Part shown: positions 36,851-50,300 of the stretch, in pieces
Layout of the letters: the number at the start of each line of letters is the position of its first letter
Numbering within the stretch: the stretch's first letter is position 1
Origin: Pocillopora damicornis
Lineage: Eukaryota
Direction: 5' to 3'
Assembly: GCF_003704095.1 (NCBI RefSeq)
Contig: NW_020844174.1
Location: 186,001-250,000 of the forward strand
DNA: 64,000 nucleotides
Notes under the pieces: generated by a model
Told to the model about the DNA's origin: nothing
The model's input: the letters and a program-made list of their open reading frames with translations, nothing else
The model's database searches: none
Made by a program: the position numbers and the translations under genes

Positions 36851-38896
36851 TTAATTTCCCAGCAGTTTGTCTAACTCCTTTCTGAACTTGAGAACATGAA
36901 ACATGTTTTTAAGCTGAAGTGTGTGCTCGAGACACTTGTAAAAATAATCTGGGCATTCTCCTCGGAGCTCTTGAAGTTCAATCAATGTTTGTCCTGTGAA
37001 TTCAGCCATGTCTTTGTCACACACCTGTGCCAATCCAATTTTCTTCAGCCATCTCTTCACGTCCTCATTTGTCCATCCGGCTACATCTGGACCAGAGGGC
37101 TGTTTTGTTAGAGTCGTAGCCTCAGTTGTTCGAATCACCGCCTCTGGGGGGCCGTCTGTGTGATCCACATCTTTTCCTCTTCCCGCTAATTCTTTGACCA
37201 GTTTTGTCACCCCAGAATCGATGGTATGCTTACTCTGAAAGTCAATCCACATTTTCGTTCCCAACAGCATTCCTAGCCAGCCATCTGCTTTGTAATTTTT
37301 CTGCATCATCAAAGGAATGATGTCTTTTCTTAGCTGATAGGCATACTCGGCCTCTGAACGACAGTTGGGACTTTCTTTGTATCTTTGTGATACGCAGATC
37401 AGTACAACAGCTGCATTCTCCACAGCTTTGGCCATTGTCTCTAATGTGGACCCACCCATTTGCTCCAGATCCATCCACACTCTGTATCCATTTGCCTGAA
37501 GTTGATTTTTGACTTGAACCAAGACTTCCTGAGCATCCCATTGGTAGCTAATCATCACGTGGTTTCCAGACCCCTCTTTCATCTTTTCGGCTTTATCTCT
37601 TGCTGTCTTTCCTTCAATCTCCCACAATGCTCCAGCGGCTACCTTTTGCACTTCAGCGTTTTGACTGTGGTGTAATTTGTGTAAGATGTCCACGGTTCCA
37701 TTTCCCTCTCGAATGATATCCTTGTTAGAGTCGTCGAAAGCCAGCATCCATAATGCCTTTGCGGCACTCGCTTGTTCCTCGTCGTCGCTCGAGGTCTCGA
37801 GTGTTGACGTTAAGACTCTTATTGCCCCTTCGCTTCCAAGAATTTTCTTATTGTTGTCGTTAATTGCCAAATGACTGAGTCCTTCTGCAAGTTCCTTAGC
37901 GGAGAATCCGTTGCTTCGACGGTCTTCTCCTTCCCAAGCTTCGTCTAACATTGTTGTAATGAAGCGAAGCAAGTCTTTGTCGGCGGAGATTAAATGATTA
38001 GTTTCTTCATTAACAAGGTACGCCAGGCACAACAAGGCCGAGACAGCGATACTAGTCACTTGAACCTTTGCAAAATAGAGTAAAGTCTCGTCACTGTTAG
38101 CAAACCATTGGCGATCTCTTAGCCGTCGAGAAATGTTGTACAAAATCCCGGTGAACCCTTCTAGTATTTGTATTATTTCATATTCTTCATCTTCGCTTTG
38201 CCAGTCGTCATTTTCTTGATCGATCCTCTCTATATTCTCCATGCAAGTGAGTACAACTCCATCTTGAGCGCTCGCCAAGCAAAAACCATCATGGAAATCA
38301 GCAAAGTTGTGTATTGTTGACATTGCGAGATAAAGGCAAGTAAAAGTCTCCTCTTGGTCACTTGTCTCCGATTCGTCGTCTGTTCCATCAGTATAGTAAT
38401 CTTTGAAACAGTTTTTCATGAAGTTATGCAGCACTGTTGCTCCTTCGACTTCAATTATAAACTCCATAAATGTATTGTATTTTTCGACGTCGTTCGTCCC
38501 TGCCGACGGTGTGCTGCAACTTTTTTTAAACAACTCTTTGAGTACTTTTATCAGCTTAGAATATTGAATTATATGTCCCTTGGATTTGTCGTCTACGGCT
38601 TTTCTTAAACCTTGTAGAGGAGTTAACATCATTTGAAGGTCATCTTGTAGCTCTGGGAAGCTGTGCGTGTATTTAAGTAAGACTTCCCACTCATCCAGTG
38701 AAATCCTCTCACTTCGTTCTTCGTTCTTGTGCTCCTTGTTTACACTTGACGTATGGCCGTGATCCTGTCCGGGCCGGTCTTGAACAACTTTGGGCTTCAA
38801 ATCAGATGTCGGCGGTCTGTCCACAGCCATGTCTATTTGAGGTTGTCGAGGTACTACATTAAGATTTCTTGAATTCTTTGATACACCAGAACCCAT
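36851..38896 (-). CDS. Intronless ARM/TIR/SAM protein, copy 3 (681 aa from MGSGVSKN)
   Basis: Same architecture as copy 1 with a near-identical TIR and SAM. First ATG at 38896. Confidence 0.88.
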   Translation of the reverse strand: MGSGVSKNSRNLNVVPRQPQIDMAVDRPPTSDLKPKVVQDRPGQDHGHTSSVNKEHKNEERSERISLDEWEVLLKYTHSFPELQDDLQMMLTPLQGLRKAVDDKSKGHIIQYSKLIKVLKELFKKSCSTPSAGTNDVEKYNTFMEFIIEVEGATVLHNFMKNCFKDYYTDGTDDESETSDQEETFTCLYLAMSTIHNFADFHDGFCLASAQDGVVLTCMENIERIDQENDDWQSEDEEYEIIQILEGFTGILYNISRRLRDRQWFANSDETLLYFAKVQVTSIAVSALLCLAYLVNEETNHLISADKDLLRFITTMLDEAWEGEDRRSNGFSAKELAEGLSHLAINDNNKKILGSEGAIRVLTSTLETSSDDEEQASAAKALWMLAFDDSNKDIIREGNGTVDILHKLHHSQNAEVQKVAAGALWEIEGKTARDKAEKMKEGSGNHVMISYQWDAQEVLVQVKNQLQANGYRVWMDLEQMGGSTLETMAKAVENAAVVLICVSQRYKESPNCRSEAEYAYQLRKDIIPLMMQKNYKADGWLGMLLGTKMWIDFQSKHTIDSGVTKLVKELAGRGKDVDHTDGPPEAVIRTTEATTLTKQPSGPDVAGWTNEDVKRWLKKIGLAQVCDKDMAEFTGQTLIELQELRGECPDYFYKCLEHTLQLKNMFHVLKFRKELDKLLGN

Positions 38897-39557
38897 AATA
38901 ATGGGATTGTTAGACAACCTAGTCGCCAAGAGCACGATGCAGCACGTAAATTTACAGTTTCTCAGTTGCTATGCTGTGAATCATACTGCGTTTGTCATCG
39001 GGGAGAAATTTTCGTGTTGAATGTCCTTGCTTAGTGGCCAGTTACTTATGAAATGTAGACGAAATTGTACTTAAATGATGTCGACAATGAGTTTTTCCGT
39101 CGGTCAGAGTTAGACATAGTTACCGCCGCTCCCTCGAGTTGGATATATGTTTTTCCTGAAAGCAATCACGCTATGACGTCATCGATCATCTGTCTTTCTC
39201 TTTTATAATACAATAACATCGTTTCGTTGCAAACATCAGTTGTCCTTGAAGCTCATTCAAGCAAATCAAAGGTTTGAAATCCTATTTCGTTAGTCTGAAG
39301 AGCTTTTCTAAGGGAATATTGCTCTTGAGCTGTGCCCATGCTCCAAAGATTTCGTGACTCGTACATTACTGCATTATGGTAATCGTAGTTAACTGTATTG
39401 TTTTGAACAAAACCCACCTTGCTGTTTTCTGTTTAGAAATGCTTGGCTACCCTCTTGCGAACGAAAATGCTAACTTTTTGGATTTGCATTGAATTTCAGT
39501 TACCGACCTCTGTCTGTTCAAAGGGAAAAAAAATTTGTTAAATAAATGACAACATGG

Positions 39558-40420
39558 TGTGACACGAGTCATGCTAATTATTTTCGGACTTGTCAAGTTA
39601 ATTAGTAGTAGCCTATCCATGTAATACAGGGTTTACGCCTCCTTTAGCTATCAAATAACACATTTGTCGGAGTCTAAGGTAGGAGTTAGGTGTTAGGAGT
39701 CATTTCTGTAAACACAATTTCGAATCATTCTTGGAGCTGGAGTTGGACAGTGTAAGTTCATATTTCTTTCGATCTTCTGTTGATTTTCAGCTATCCTGAT
39801 TATATTCCTGTTATTGTAATCAGAGTTTTCCACCGTGTGTTAGGAAAGCAAGTTTATCAATATATCAAATGTGATAATCATGGCACTCACTCCTGAGATG
39901 TGACCGAGGCAGTAACTTCGTCGGTGCAAAGTTTGAGATCGATGAAGCCCTCGCAGAGATGGATAGCGAGTCGGTTGCGAACTACTTATCGGAACAGAAT
40001 TGTGAGTGGATCTTCAACCCGCCCCACGCGTCTCACTACGGCGGCGTATGGGAACGTTAGATTGGTACCATCCGACGCATCCTAGACGCCATGCTCTTGG
40101 AGTTAGGGGCGCGACAGCTGACCCACGAGTTGTTGGTTACCCTGATGTCAGAAGTCGCGGCGATAATCAACGCCCGCCCGATCACGGCGATACCATCCGA
40201 TATTGACGAACCTTTACCGTTGACACCAGCGATGCTGCTTACGCAAAAGACACGTCCCGGGACCTCCACGACACAGGATGTCTATGCTTGACAGAGATGG
40301 AGAAAGTTGCAATTCTTAGCCGGTCAGGTGCGGACGAAGTGGAATAAAGAACAGCGAAATCTAGCAGTTGGAGACATCGTCCTGATGAAAGACGAGGAAG
40401 CCCACAGAAACAAAGCGACA
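39558..40420 (+). mobile_element. Internally deleted BEL/Pao LTR retrotransposon remnant
   Basis: TGT...ACA termini with a 5-bp TSD CATGG (39553-39557 / 40421-40425). Frameshifted integrase segments WIFNPPHASHYGGVWER, LVTLMSEVAAIINARPI...PLTPAMLL and RNLAVGDIVLMKDE are typical of BEL/Pao integrase and its C-terminal region. Confidence 0.85.
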
Positions 40421-40841
40421 CATGGAACATTCTTTTGAAAGAATTGCGAGGCTAGAGTTGCAGAAAACTTTCAAGTTTTATCATATTTTTGAAAGAATAC
40501 TAAAAAAAACGAATATATGAAAAGAAGGCATTTGGATTTTACTTCACAGCTTAAGAAAAAAAAAATTGCAAGCAAAATAATGCGTGGACTATTGTTGTGA
40601 TAACATCGTGCGTGAATTTTTTCTTTGGAGCACGTGCATTTGTTGTAATGCAAAAAAAATACCACAACCTCGTAGGAATAGTAAAAATAACTCTAATGGG
40701 GCGTACCGGAATTTGTATGTACAGGTCATGTTTGTTTTTTAAAAAAACTGTCGATATCCTAATAAGGGTAAGGAGAGAAAACCAGTAAGACTACTTTGAA
40801 GAACTGAGTGAAATTCATTGCTAGTGTAATTGCTGTTGTTA

Positions 40842-40882
<41 letters not shown>
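40842..40882. repeat. (GCGAGAT)n microsatellite, ~6 units
   Basis: Direct reading. Confidence 0.95.
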
Positions 40883-42924
40883 GAATATGAATAATGATAA
40901 GGTTCGCTTGTACTAGTTTATCAGTACGTTAAATTGAAGCTAACATCAAGATTGTTTACGTATCCCTCTAGTGGTTTGCTAACTCGTATCTCCTTTTCAT
41001 TGGCAGATTACTGAATGGCTGGTACTGGAAGTAAAAATCAAGTACTGACACAAGAGCAATGTGTCTTTCATACGTAGCATACAAACTTTTTAATCCAGTG
41101 CGAAATTTGAGTAAATCGAAGAGAGTCAAGGCTGAATTCGTTTCGTTTCGTTTTATTTCATTTCCAAAAGCCTTTATCTTAAACTGTACCATTTGCCAAA
41201 CAAGTCGAATTTATCATTTGAAGATTATGCTTTACAACTTGGAGCACGTTATGTTTTCATGTTTACCGTTATATCTTCGATTTTTTTTATCGCTGCTTTT
41301 TCTTTAGTAACTGTTTAATTTTTTTTTTTTGCCGCCAAAAACTTAAAATAAAAATAAGAGCGCTTAAAATACGCATGCGGCCCTTTTTTTCGCTTATGGA
41401 AACTCTTTAAGTGACAGCTGTTCAAAATAGCGTAATTTTCCCGCCAAAAAACTTAGAAAAAATACAGGCGCCCAAAATACGCATTCCAATATTACATTCA
41501 TTGAAAACCTTTTCGATAAGTTATACAGACAAAAATCACAGGAAAAATGTTATTCTAAATTTTTTTCTGGAAGAAAAAGGAAGTTTATAAGGCATCAAAC
41601 ATCTTCTAGCTAATAGCCCCCAAGATATTTCTCAAGGAAATATATATTTTTTTCTAGCAATATAAAATTTTTCAATTAACGCATCTATTTGTGGGCTCTG
41701 TAAACAATTTACATTTTCAAGACAAGCTGAATTTCTCAAAAGTTTAAATTACTTCCAAACTGAATTCATGAATAACTTCTCATTTGCTTGAAATGTTTAC
41801 AAGACAAACCAAACTGAACAAAGCTCCCACTTCTTTCTTTCACTTGGGTTGGACGGACAATTGTTTTCTTAACTGCTGTAATTACTGAGTGAACTATGAT
41901 TTGAATAAATTCATTCTGATAGATTTCGAAGCTACCACCGTAATTGAGCTAGGTGTTAAATTGGCAGTAAGCGATAGGCCTTTTATCTACAAAATACCTT
42001 TGACTTTTTCGATGCATACATGACAGATTTTGTGGTCTGTATAACTTGCTTTAAGATCAAAATCATTTCAGGAAAACCATCATAGAATCATCTGAACCAG
42101 ACAATCAAATAATTATGAGAAGGAATACCATCGATTAAAACAAAAAATCTGACTAAATTTTTAGTATTGTTTAAAAAAAATTATTTCTTTCTGCGGATTT
42201 GTTTCACGTCAAAATAATCTTTGTATCTTGTTAAAAATCAAAATTATTCAATAAAGAAACTCTGTGGAGATTGAGCGAGGGTAAAAGGCATTTATTATGA
42301 ATGAAAGACAAAAATTCAGTAAGAAAAACTGAGAGACAAACTTAAAAAAATAACCAAATCAAAGAGAAATATATTGAAAGTTCATTGCGCTGGGATTTGA
42401 GCGCACCCCTGTCGTGGCACCATACTCCATCCACTGAGATATTAGAAACCTTGAATTTAATAAAACTTTGTTCACTGTACAACAACCGATCTATCCATTG
42501 CCAGGATACACCTCCACAAAAGTTTATAGGTAAAAGTTTGTCAACCTAAATATGACATCATTATAAAAATCAACCCGTTTGAACACAATGTTAAGTTAAA
42601 CTGTGGGTGATTAATTTCCTCATTTCAGGGTTTGAGAAAAAAGGAAAATTTCCATGAACTGGATAACGCATCCAATGATTTACAAAAAGGGAAACTTAGT
42701 AGTTTACAAGTACACCAGAGAATATTCATGAGCGAGGTATAGAATCAAAAAAACAAATATATATCTCCCCCCAAAAATAGAACCATTAAAATCACAAGAA
42801 AGAAAAGGAATTAATGACAAGTTCAGTCAGGATTTGAACCTTGACTGGGCCTACTTTGGGGTACAATTTTTTACCCACTCAGCTGTGGGAGCTTATTTTA
42901 TGTATAACAAGAGACCAACTTTAA

Positions 42925-43820
42925 ACACTAGAGTCTAAAATCAGACATTACTGTCCAAAATCAACTGTACAAACAATAGTCTCTAAAATCAGACACTAGT
43001 GTCTAAAATAGACTATTCACTATTCACACTAGTGTCCAAAATCCCAAATCAGCCAGTAACATTAAAAATCCAAAATCTGCTATTAGAGCCCAAAGCGCAA
43101 ATTGGCTACTAGTGTCCAAAATTTAAAATCAGTAACCAGTGTCCAAAATCCAAAATCGGCCACTAGTGTGCAAAATCAACCACTAGAGTCCAAAATTCAA
43201 AATTGGCCACTAGAGACTAAAATCCCCAAATCAAACACAAGGGTCCATTATCCAAAATTGACCACTAATGTCCAAATTCCCAAATTGGACACTAGTATTC
43301 AAAATTCCAGATCGGCCACCAGTGTCCAAATTCCCATTGGACACTGATGTCCAAAATCCAAAAATGGACTCTGTTGTCCCAAAATAAAAATCAGACTCCA
43401 AAATCCAAAGTATGGCATTGGTGTCCAAATTCCAACACCAGTGTCTAACATTATACAGTAGTGACTGAGATAGAATGTTCAGGCAATAGTGTTGAAGACT
43501 GAACTCTATGGTCCAAAATCAAACCCTAGTTTCTAAAATCAGAAACTAGTGTCCAAGATTGACTGTTTAGACAATAGTCTCTAAGATCTGCCACTAGAGT
43601 TTAAAATTGGGCATAATTTCTTGACTCAACTGTTCAAACACTAGTGTCTACATCAGACATTAGTGTCTAAATTTGGGGGTTAAGTGTCTAAAATCTGACT
43701 CTGGTGTTTTAAAGCAACTGTTCAGATACTAGCAGAATAAAATCAAACACTAACATCTATAATCAGACACTACCGGTAGTGTCTAAAATTAGACACCAGT
43801 GTATAAAATTAGAAACTAAG
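42925..43820. repeat. Degenerate minisatellite (units like CACTAGTGTCYAAAATC[CAAAATC]RG, ~20-27 bp)
   Basis: Dozens of imperfect copies of cactagtgtc(c/t)aaaat. Confidence 0.85.
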
Positions 43821-44465
43821 AAGTTGTGCCAAGCAACAACTTGCATATTTACTTGCTCTCTTGTTTTTATTAGCATTTAGGTTCAAATTGCTGCAAAGAA
43901 GATTGTTGCACTTGGAGATTATATTTCTGAACGGGGACAGACACATAAATTTTTCAGAATTGTCAAGCTGTTTTTTTTCCCCCAGGTATAGGAATGTAGG
44001 CTAAAAAACATTGCAGGATATTATGCTAAGCACTCCCTAACACACCCTATTCACAAACTGTGAATAAACAAAGAACAGGGAAATCTACGCTGTTTAGTTA
44101 GACCAAAATGTTTGGAATGCTACAGCAAGTTTACATGGTTAGGTCCAAACAACCTACCAAAACATTTCACAGCAGAATCTATTGGGTTTGTTGACCACTC
44201 ATCCTTACTAATTACCATTACTGAACATCTTACTCAACTTACATTCCACACTAAAAATGTGTCAACAGCCAAAATGTGTCAAATTTTATTGAGTTTTTCA
44301 CCAACTGATAACAATGCTCACTCTCAATCTCTAAAACCTCACTGGCTGCAGGATATTTTAAAACATTAGAGGGGATTTGTCATACACTAAGCCAAGAGTA
44401 TATCCTCACCTAAAGTTGCATTCAGCAAAGTTGTGCTTTTTTGTCAACTCAAGATATCATAGGTG

Positions 44466-46823
44466 TTATGAATTCTGTATATTTGTCTGTGGTTCTTCAT
44501 CAAACTTTTTCTTGACCTCCTCTGGAATCTGTACCTGTTTTAGATCCTGCATGGATGGTTCTGGTTCATCTGCTATTAAAACTTGAATCACATTTCCACA
44601 TGACTTCTTTACTTCTTCATTTACTTCCCAATTGAATAACTCCTTGAGAATAACATAAATGTTAAACTTCCTCATCATCTCTCTGCCATATTTTGTAGAA
44701 CATAACTGAAAAAAAAAAATTTTTTTAAAAAATACATGAAAAGGTGATTTCTAGTGATTTTGAAGTAAATAAAGCAAACAAACCTCATAAAAACACACTG
44801 AGCACTGCAACATACCTTTAGATATAGGAAAGGGTGTAAATAAGAGACCAACTTTAACCTTTTAACTCCCAGATCAAATTTCTAATTTCTCCTTACAGTC
44901 AACCATAAAATTCTTATAATTTCAGTTCAGAGAATTTAGTATTGGATCAACTGATTATTCCCAAATTGATATTTTTCTTTATTCTCATCACTTATCTGGT
45001 TGCTATTGTATTGATATCGTAAGGAGAAATTCTGTCTTGGTCACTCATGGGAGTTAAAGGGTTAAGAAGTAAAATTTATTGTTTTGTGATACTGAAATCA
45101 AAATAATTATTTAGTATTTTAACCTTTAAAAAGCTCTAAGCTCATGGTTTTTTAAATTCACCATTTGGAAAAAAATCAGAAACTAGTTGCCAGAAATAAC
45201 ACTTTGGTTTACTCTAGCCAGCAATTGCACTTGAAGGCATGCATGAGGAACATGGCAAGACTAAACACATGCAAAAACAAAGGCACAAGCAAAGACAAAG
45301 CACAAATATGACTGATTAAATGTTTAGCTCACTTTAACTTCATATCAAATTTGAGAATGCAAATGTTAAGCTTGCCTCTTTGTGACTATCACTGAAAATT
45401 TAGGTGCCAACATTTTTTCAAACCACCATGACCACCAAAATTGGTTTCAGCTTTGAGTGCCACATTACCTTTATTATCAACCATAAAAAATAGTACATAC
45501 ACTGACAGACCTGAAGTAAGGCTTCCAATAACATGTTCCTGATGTCTGGATCACTTTCTCTCTCTTTGTTATCATCCATGTACTGGAGATCAGGGGGGAG
45601 TTTCTCCATCTCATCTTCAGGAAACTCTTCTGGTCCTGTCAGTGGCAGCAGCAGGTGTGGTAGGATGTCCACAGCATCACTTAATAACCACTGATGGCTT
45701 CCTGGGAACAATATACAATCAACACAGGACCAATCAATATCATTAACAACTCTCTACCATCAATCGTTGGAGATTCCAAGGAAACAAAGAACTTTTACCT
45801 TTCTGCTCCCAAGATCTCATTAGCAAGTCTCCTTACAGTCTGATGTTATTTTTGAGAATTTGGTACTTGATCAAATACTGATTCCCCTAATCTATATTTT
45901 TCTTTATTTTCATAACCTGTCTGTTTGATATTGTATCGACACTGTAAGGAGAAATTCTATCTTGGTCACTCATGATAATGAATGGGTCAAGCACTGATCT
46001 TCAAACATTTAAGTTTGGTAAGGAGAGGGAAAGATAAATCAGAATCAATTATGATACATGTAGGTGTATGATAGACTTCCTGGCTTTGAATGGTTGTCCT
46101 TTTCTCTCTTAAAAATGCTTCATTTATTTAGGGCAGAATAACAAGGAAACGTTATTGAAGTTAAAACTCACTTGACTCAAAGCAGCAATTCTTTAGTACA
46201 GCCACAATTCCTCTTCTTTTTACAAGTGAGGCACTGTAGGTTGTGAATGGAAGAAGGCGTTGAATAACACAGCAATCCCTGTCCAAAATATAGTCTCGTG
46301 ATTCTTGTAATTGCGTTAAATTCGAAAGAAAAGTGGCGAGATAGTTCAGTTCAGCGCGGGGATTATACTTCTCTACGCACAACACTTCTACAATTTTGTA
46401 TAAACTACATTCCTCAGACGTGTTCGTAACCTTAAGAACTTCACGACATCCAGTTTCTGTTCTTGTTACATTGGACAAAATCATGGCCACTTTTTCGGCG
46501 TGCTCACTAGTTTGTTTAAGAGCATAGCTCAAAAAGGGCTCAATGATGTTGAATTTGAGGAGTTTGTCCGAGATGGCGAGTTCTGCAGACAAATTCACGA
46601 TCGTAGAGTATGCATCTCTGGAAATGTTGGAGTTCAAGTCTCTCGTCAGTTCCAAAATGCATCTCAAGTATTCTTCGTTTTGGTTCAGGAAGTGCTTTCC
46701 ACTATCAGAACCAGAGAGTCCCAAAATATAATCAAGAGCCAACGATTTCACGTCTCCTCGAGCATTAAGCGAGAGAAAAGGCAATAGTTCTTTTACAGCT
46801 TTTTGGTCAATCTGATCCACCAT
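44466..46823 (-). CDS. HGH1: HGH1 homolog (FAM203; eEF2 chaperone), 3 exons, ~360 aa
   Basis: Exons 46823-46172, 45701-45511, 44705-44466, in frame. Motifs ELLPFLS, YLATFLSNLTQ, IQRLLPFTTY...VKRRGIVAVLKNCCF and ILPHLLLPLTGPEEFPEDEMEKLPPDLQYMDDNKERESDPDIRNMLLEALLQL match HGH1. Confidence 0.92.
44854..45065. mobile_element. piggyBac-like MITE family A copy in HGH1 intron 2
   Basis: TTAA CCTTTTAACTCCCA...TGGGAGTTAAAGGG TTAA, with the shared internal sequence. Confidence 0.85.
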
Positions 46824-47325
46824 GTTGGACTACCGTGGGGATCTGGGAAAACGATAAGTATTCTAGTTCCAGGTCTTCTCAGTACTTCGCGCGAGTTTTT
46901 GCTTGGTTTGCTTGGCGAGTTTTTTTGGGATAGATTCTTCTCGATCGTGTGAACAGCATTGATCGATTCCTTTATTGTCCTTATAGTATTGATGCACGGT
47001 TTATTTTTTCTTTTATTTAGAATAGCGTGTTAGAAATAATTTTCACGTGAGGAATTAGCGTAGATGAAATTAGGAGTGGGAACAGACCGAGAGATTTCGT
47101 GACTTTCTGGCAAATAAGGTCGGTGGATTTTAGGGTAAACATTACTTTATTTGCATATTTTATGATTGAATAATTGCTGCCTTATTCTAGTTGACGCCTT
47201 TGATTTCCCAATAAAAAACAGCCATCGTGAAATCATCAGCACCTCTGGCTGTTCTGCAGGTGCAAGGTTTTGTAATCTCTGGAACTTAAACAGGTTTGGA
47301 TCGAAGCGTGTAATTCCAAGGTAAC

Positions 47326-50300
47326 ATGTTTAAATCCAAGAAGCTCAAGCGCCAAGCAACTATTGTGATCGAGCATAAACTGGCCGAAACCAAAAGACTG
47401 GAAGAGGATTCTGATAGGGAGAAAAACTGGAAGCGATGGGGCCCCTATCTGTCAGAGAGGCAATGGGGAACAGTGAGGGAAGATTATTCATTCGATGGAG
47501 CTTGGTAAGAGTTCATTCGATCGATGTTAAGATGATATACAAGTAATCATGAGGTTAAGTAAGCGAAGTCTTTATACCTGACAAGAATGTAAGACTGTGA
47601 AAATATTTGTTGTTTGTGCTTTGTGTAATTGCGTTACGTAATAAATCCATTTCAACCTGGTTTTTGATATGGAAAGCTTTGCATTCTCATAATCGTGGTG
47701 GTAATAAGTTTTATTGAATGGAGAGCTTTGTACCCGCGTAATTGTGATGGTAATATTTTTTGTAAACAACCGTAAATTTGCATTGTTTAATTTTAAACAA
47801 AATTCTTGGCCGCCGTTCAACAACGATTTAGGGAGAAAGGAAAAATTATTCGTTTGCTTTGTTTCACATTTGTGACGATTGTGACAACCGGTATATTAAA
47901 AATACTTTTACTTACGTGTCACTTTCGTTTTTACCTAAATGCTAGCTGACCATCTTTCATGTGCTGGTTGAATGCACCAGCACTGAACCAAAAAACACAG
48001 ACAATTCAAAGAACCCATTTTTGTCTGGGAGTCAGTTCAATTTTTGAGCTTTGTGGATGTTTTCCAGTTAGAACTTATGAAAAATTTATTTTCCTTAAGG
48101 GCAAATTTTTCCTTAAAAATATCTGTTGTGTTCCAACCAACACCACTTTATTTCCTGTCATCTTTGTTTATTGCTTTGTAATAAAAAATTTTAAGGTATG
48201 AAGGAAGTTTGAAACTAATTGGCAAAGTTAAGTTAGTTCATAAAAGGGAAAACAGGTAACAAGCATATTTTTGAGTATTTGTTTTTGAGCAAAAAAATGT
48301 TGTTTTTACAGCTGGGACTACTTTTCCCATGACCATGCACGATCTCGAGTCTATCGCTGGGGTGAAGATGGCCTCCTGGGAATAACTGACAGACAATGTA
48401 GACTGTGTTTTGGTTTGGCTCTCTGGAATGAAAGGGATCCTATTCTCAAAGAGAGGCTTTTTGGCTTGACAGGAACTGAAGGTTAGTTGAACACTGGACC
48501 TATAATTCATGAATTCAAGGTGTTGCAAAAATTTATTTTGATAATAACTTAAGGCACCCTTAGAGGGATCAGACAGCATCAGTCAATGGCATACAGCTTG
48601 GTGTGTCTGCACTTGTACATGTAGCTCAATAATTCAGTGTTAGTATAGGTAATCACATGATTTCAAGTGCAATTTGGAATAAATAAGCATGAGTAAATTT
48701 TTTCAAAGACCAAGAAAATTGCACAAGCCAGTAGGGTGAGTGCAATTTGTGGTATTTGAAAAAATTTACAAGTGCTTATCAATTCCAAATTGCTTGAGAA
48801 AAATCATGTGATTACACATTAATAATATACATTAAAAAATATGAGATAGCTTATCATAATTATGCAGAAGCAAAGTGTGCACATCAAGTGCAAAAATAAT
48901 TTATTCAAACCCTGCAAGTGACATTGTGTGTTTGGTCAAAACAACCATGTACAATCAAAACAATAATATGCAATGATATTTTCACATCTTTAAGGCAGTC
49001 AAAAAACTTCAAAGTCCAGCTAAAAAGTTCAAAGTCCAGCCAAAAAGTTCCCTCTTCTGCTTTGAATTACCTGAAAACTGCATTTATCTTAACCAATCAG
49101 AACTAAGAATTTTTTTCTTGTATCCTATTAAAATGATAATGTACATGAAGAAATTATGTGCTTCTGATTGGCTGAAAATGAATGCATTCTCATGTAACAC
49201 AAGTGCAAAATTGTCACACAAGTGCAAATTACAAGTAGCATGGGTACACTTTCAAAATTTCATCTGTCATGACTCTCTGTGCTGTTTTTACATGAACAAT
49301 ATTAACAAGTAATAACACAATTTCTCTTGCAATTTGGTGTACAAAAACACTTTTAAATTTCTCAAAGACTATAAATTGCACTAGCTCTACAGGCTCAAGA
49401 AATTTTGTTGTCCTTAAAAAATTTACCCATGCTTACAGACACCAAATTACACTCAAAATCACATTATTACCTTTAATAATGTGAATAGGAACAGCACCAT
49501 TTAAGAATGGTGCTTACTGAAAAGTTTTCTTTTTTGCAAAAAGTGATAACAAGGAAATGTTAAAGGTAGAACACAGAACATATTTAAAACTGCAATCCTT
49601 TGGGTTGACTTGCAATCTGCACTGGCTGGCTCTTTGTTTCAAGAAATCTCACAATGACTGTCCCCTTCATGATCCAAGATCACAAATCAGATGTAAAAGA
49701 AGAAAGCTATCAAAAATGGTGCTTTGGACTGAAAACCTTGTTTCTGGAAGAAATTAAGTTTCCAACACTGTTCAAAACAGAGTTGTACCTTATACATGAG
49801 TTAGTCATTTTCCTTAATCAAGCATCTGTTTCCTAAATGTGGCATTTATTTTGGGGTGGCACTCATTAACCCATTGTCTCCCTGAGAGTGACAAGCATTT
49901 AATTTCCTCTCACAATATTATGCCTGAATCATATATTAAGGTCATTAGAATAAGTATAGGTAATCACATGAGGCCAAGTACTATTAAGGATTAATTGCAC
50001 GAGAGTTTTCAAAATTTTCCAAAATTGCCCAAGTCGCGAAGTGACGAGGGCAATTTGGAAAATTTTTAAAACTCAAGTGCAATAATTCCTTAATAGTACG
50101 AGGTCTCATGGGATTACTTGTTTATCAATAAAGGGCAAAATTTATACGAAGGAAAATCGCGTGCGCAGTCTATTTCAAGATAACGAAGGGTTGCTATGCA
50201 ACGGATTAGCCAATCATTAACAGGTAATCATGCCCTCTCTTGATTACTAAAAATGCCCTCGATTAAGAAAAAATGCCCTCCCTCTCAACCAATCAGCGCT

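Noticed and set aside
42385-42890. tRNA-like fragments (ggatttgagc, ggatttgaacc) on the minus strand
   Set aside because: Only B-box-like remnants with no convincing cloverleaf; probably decayed SINE heads.
43102-43428. Repetitive ORFs (ATSVQNPKS...)
   Set aside because: They are translations of the minisatellite, with no splice or homology support.
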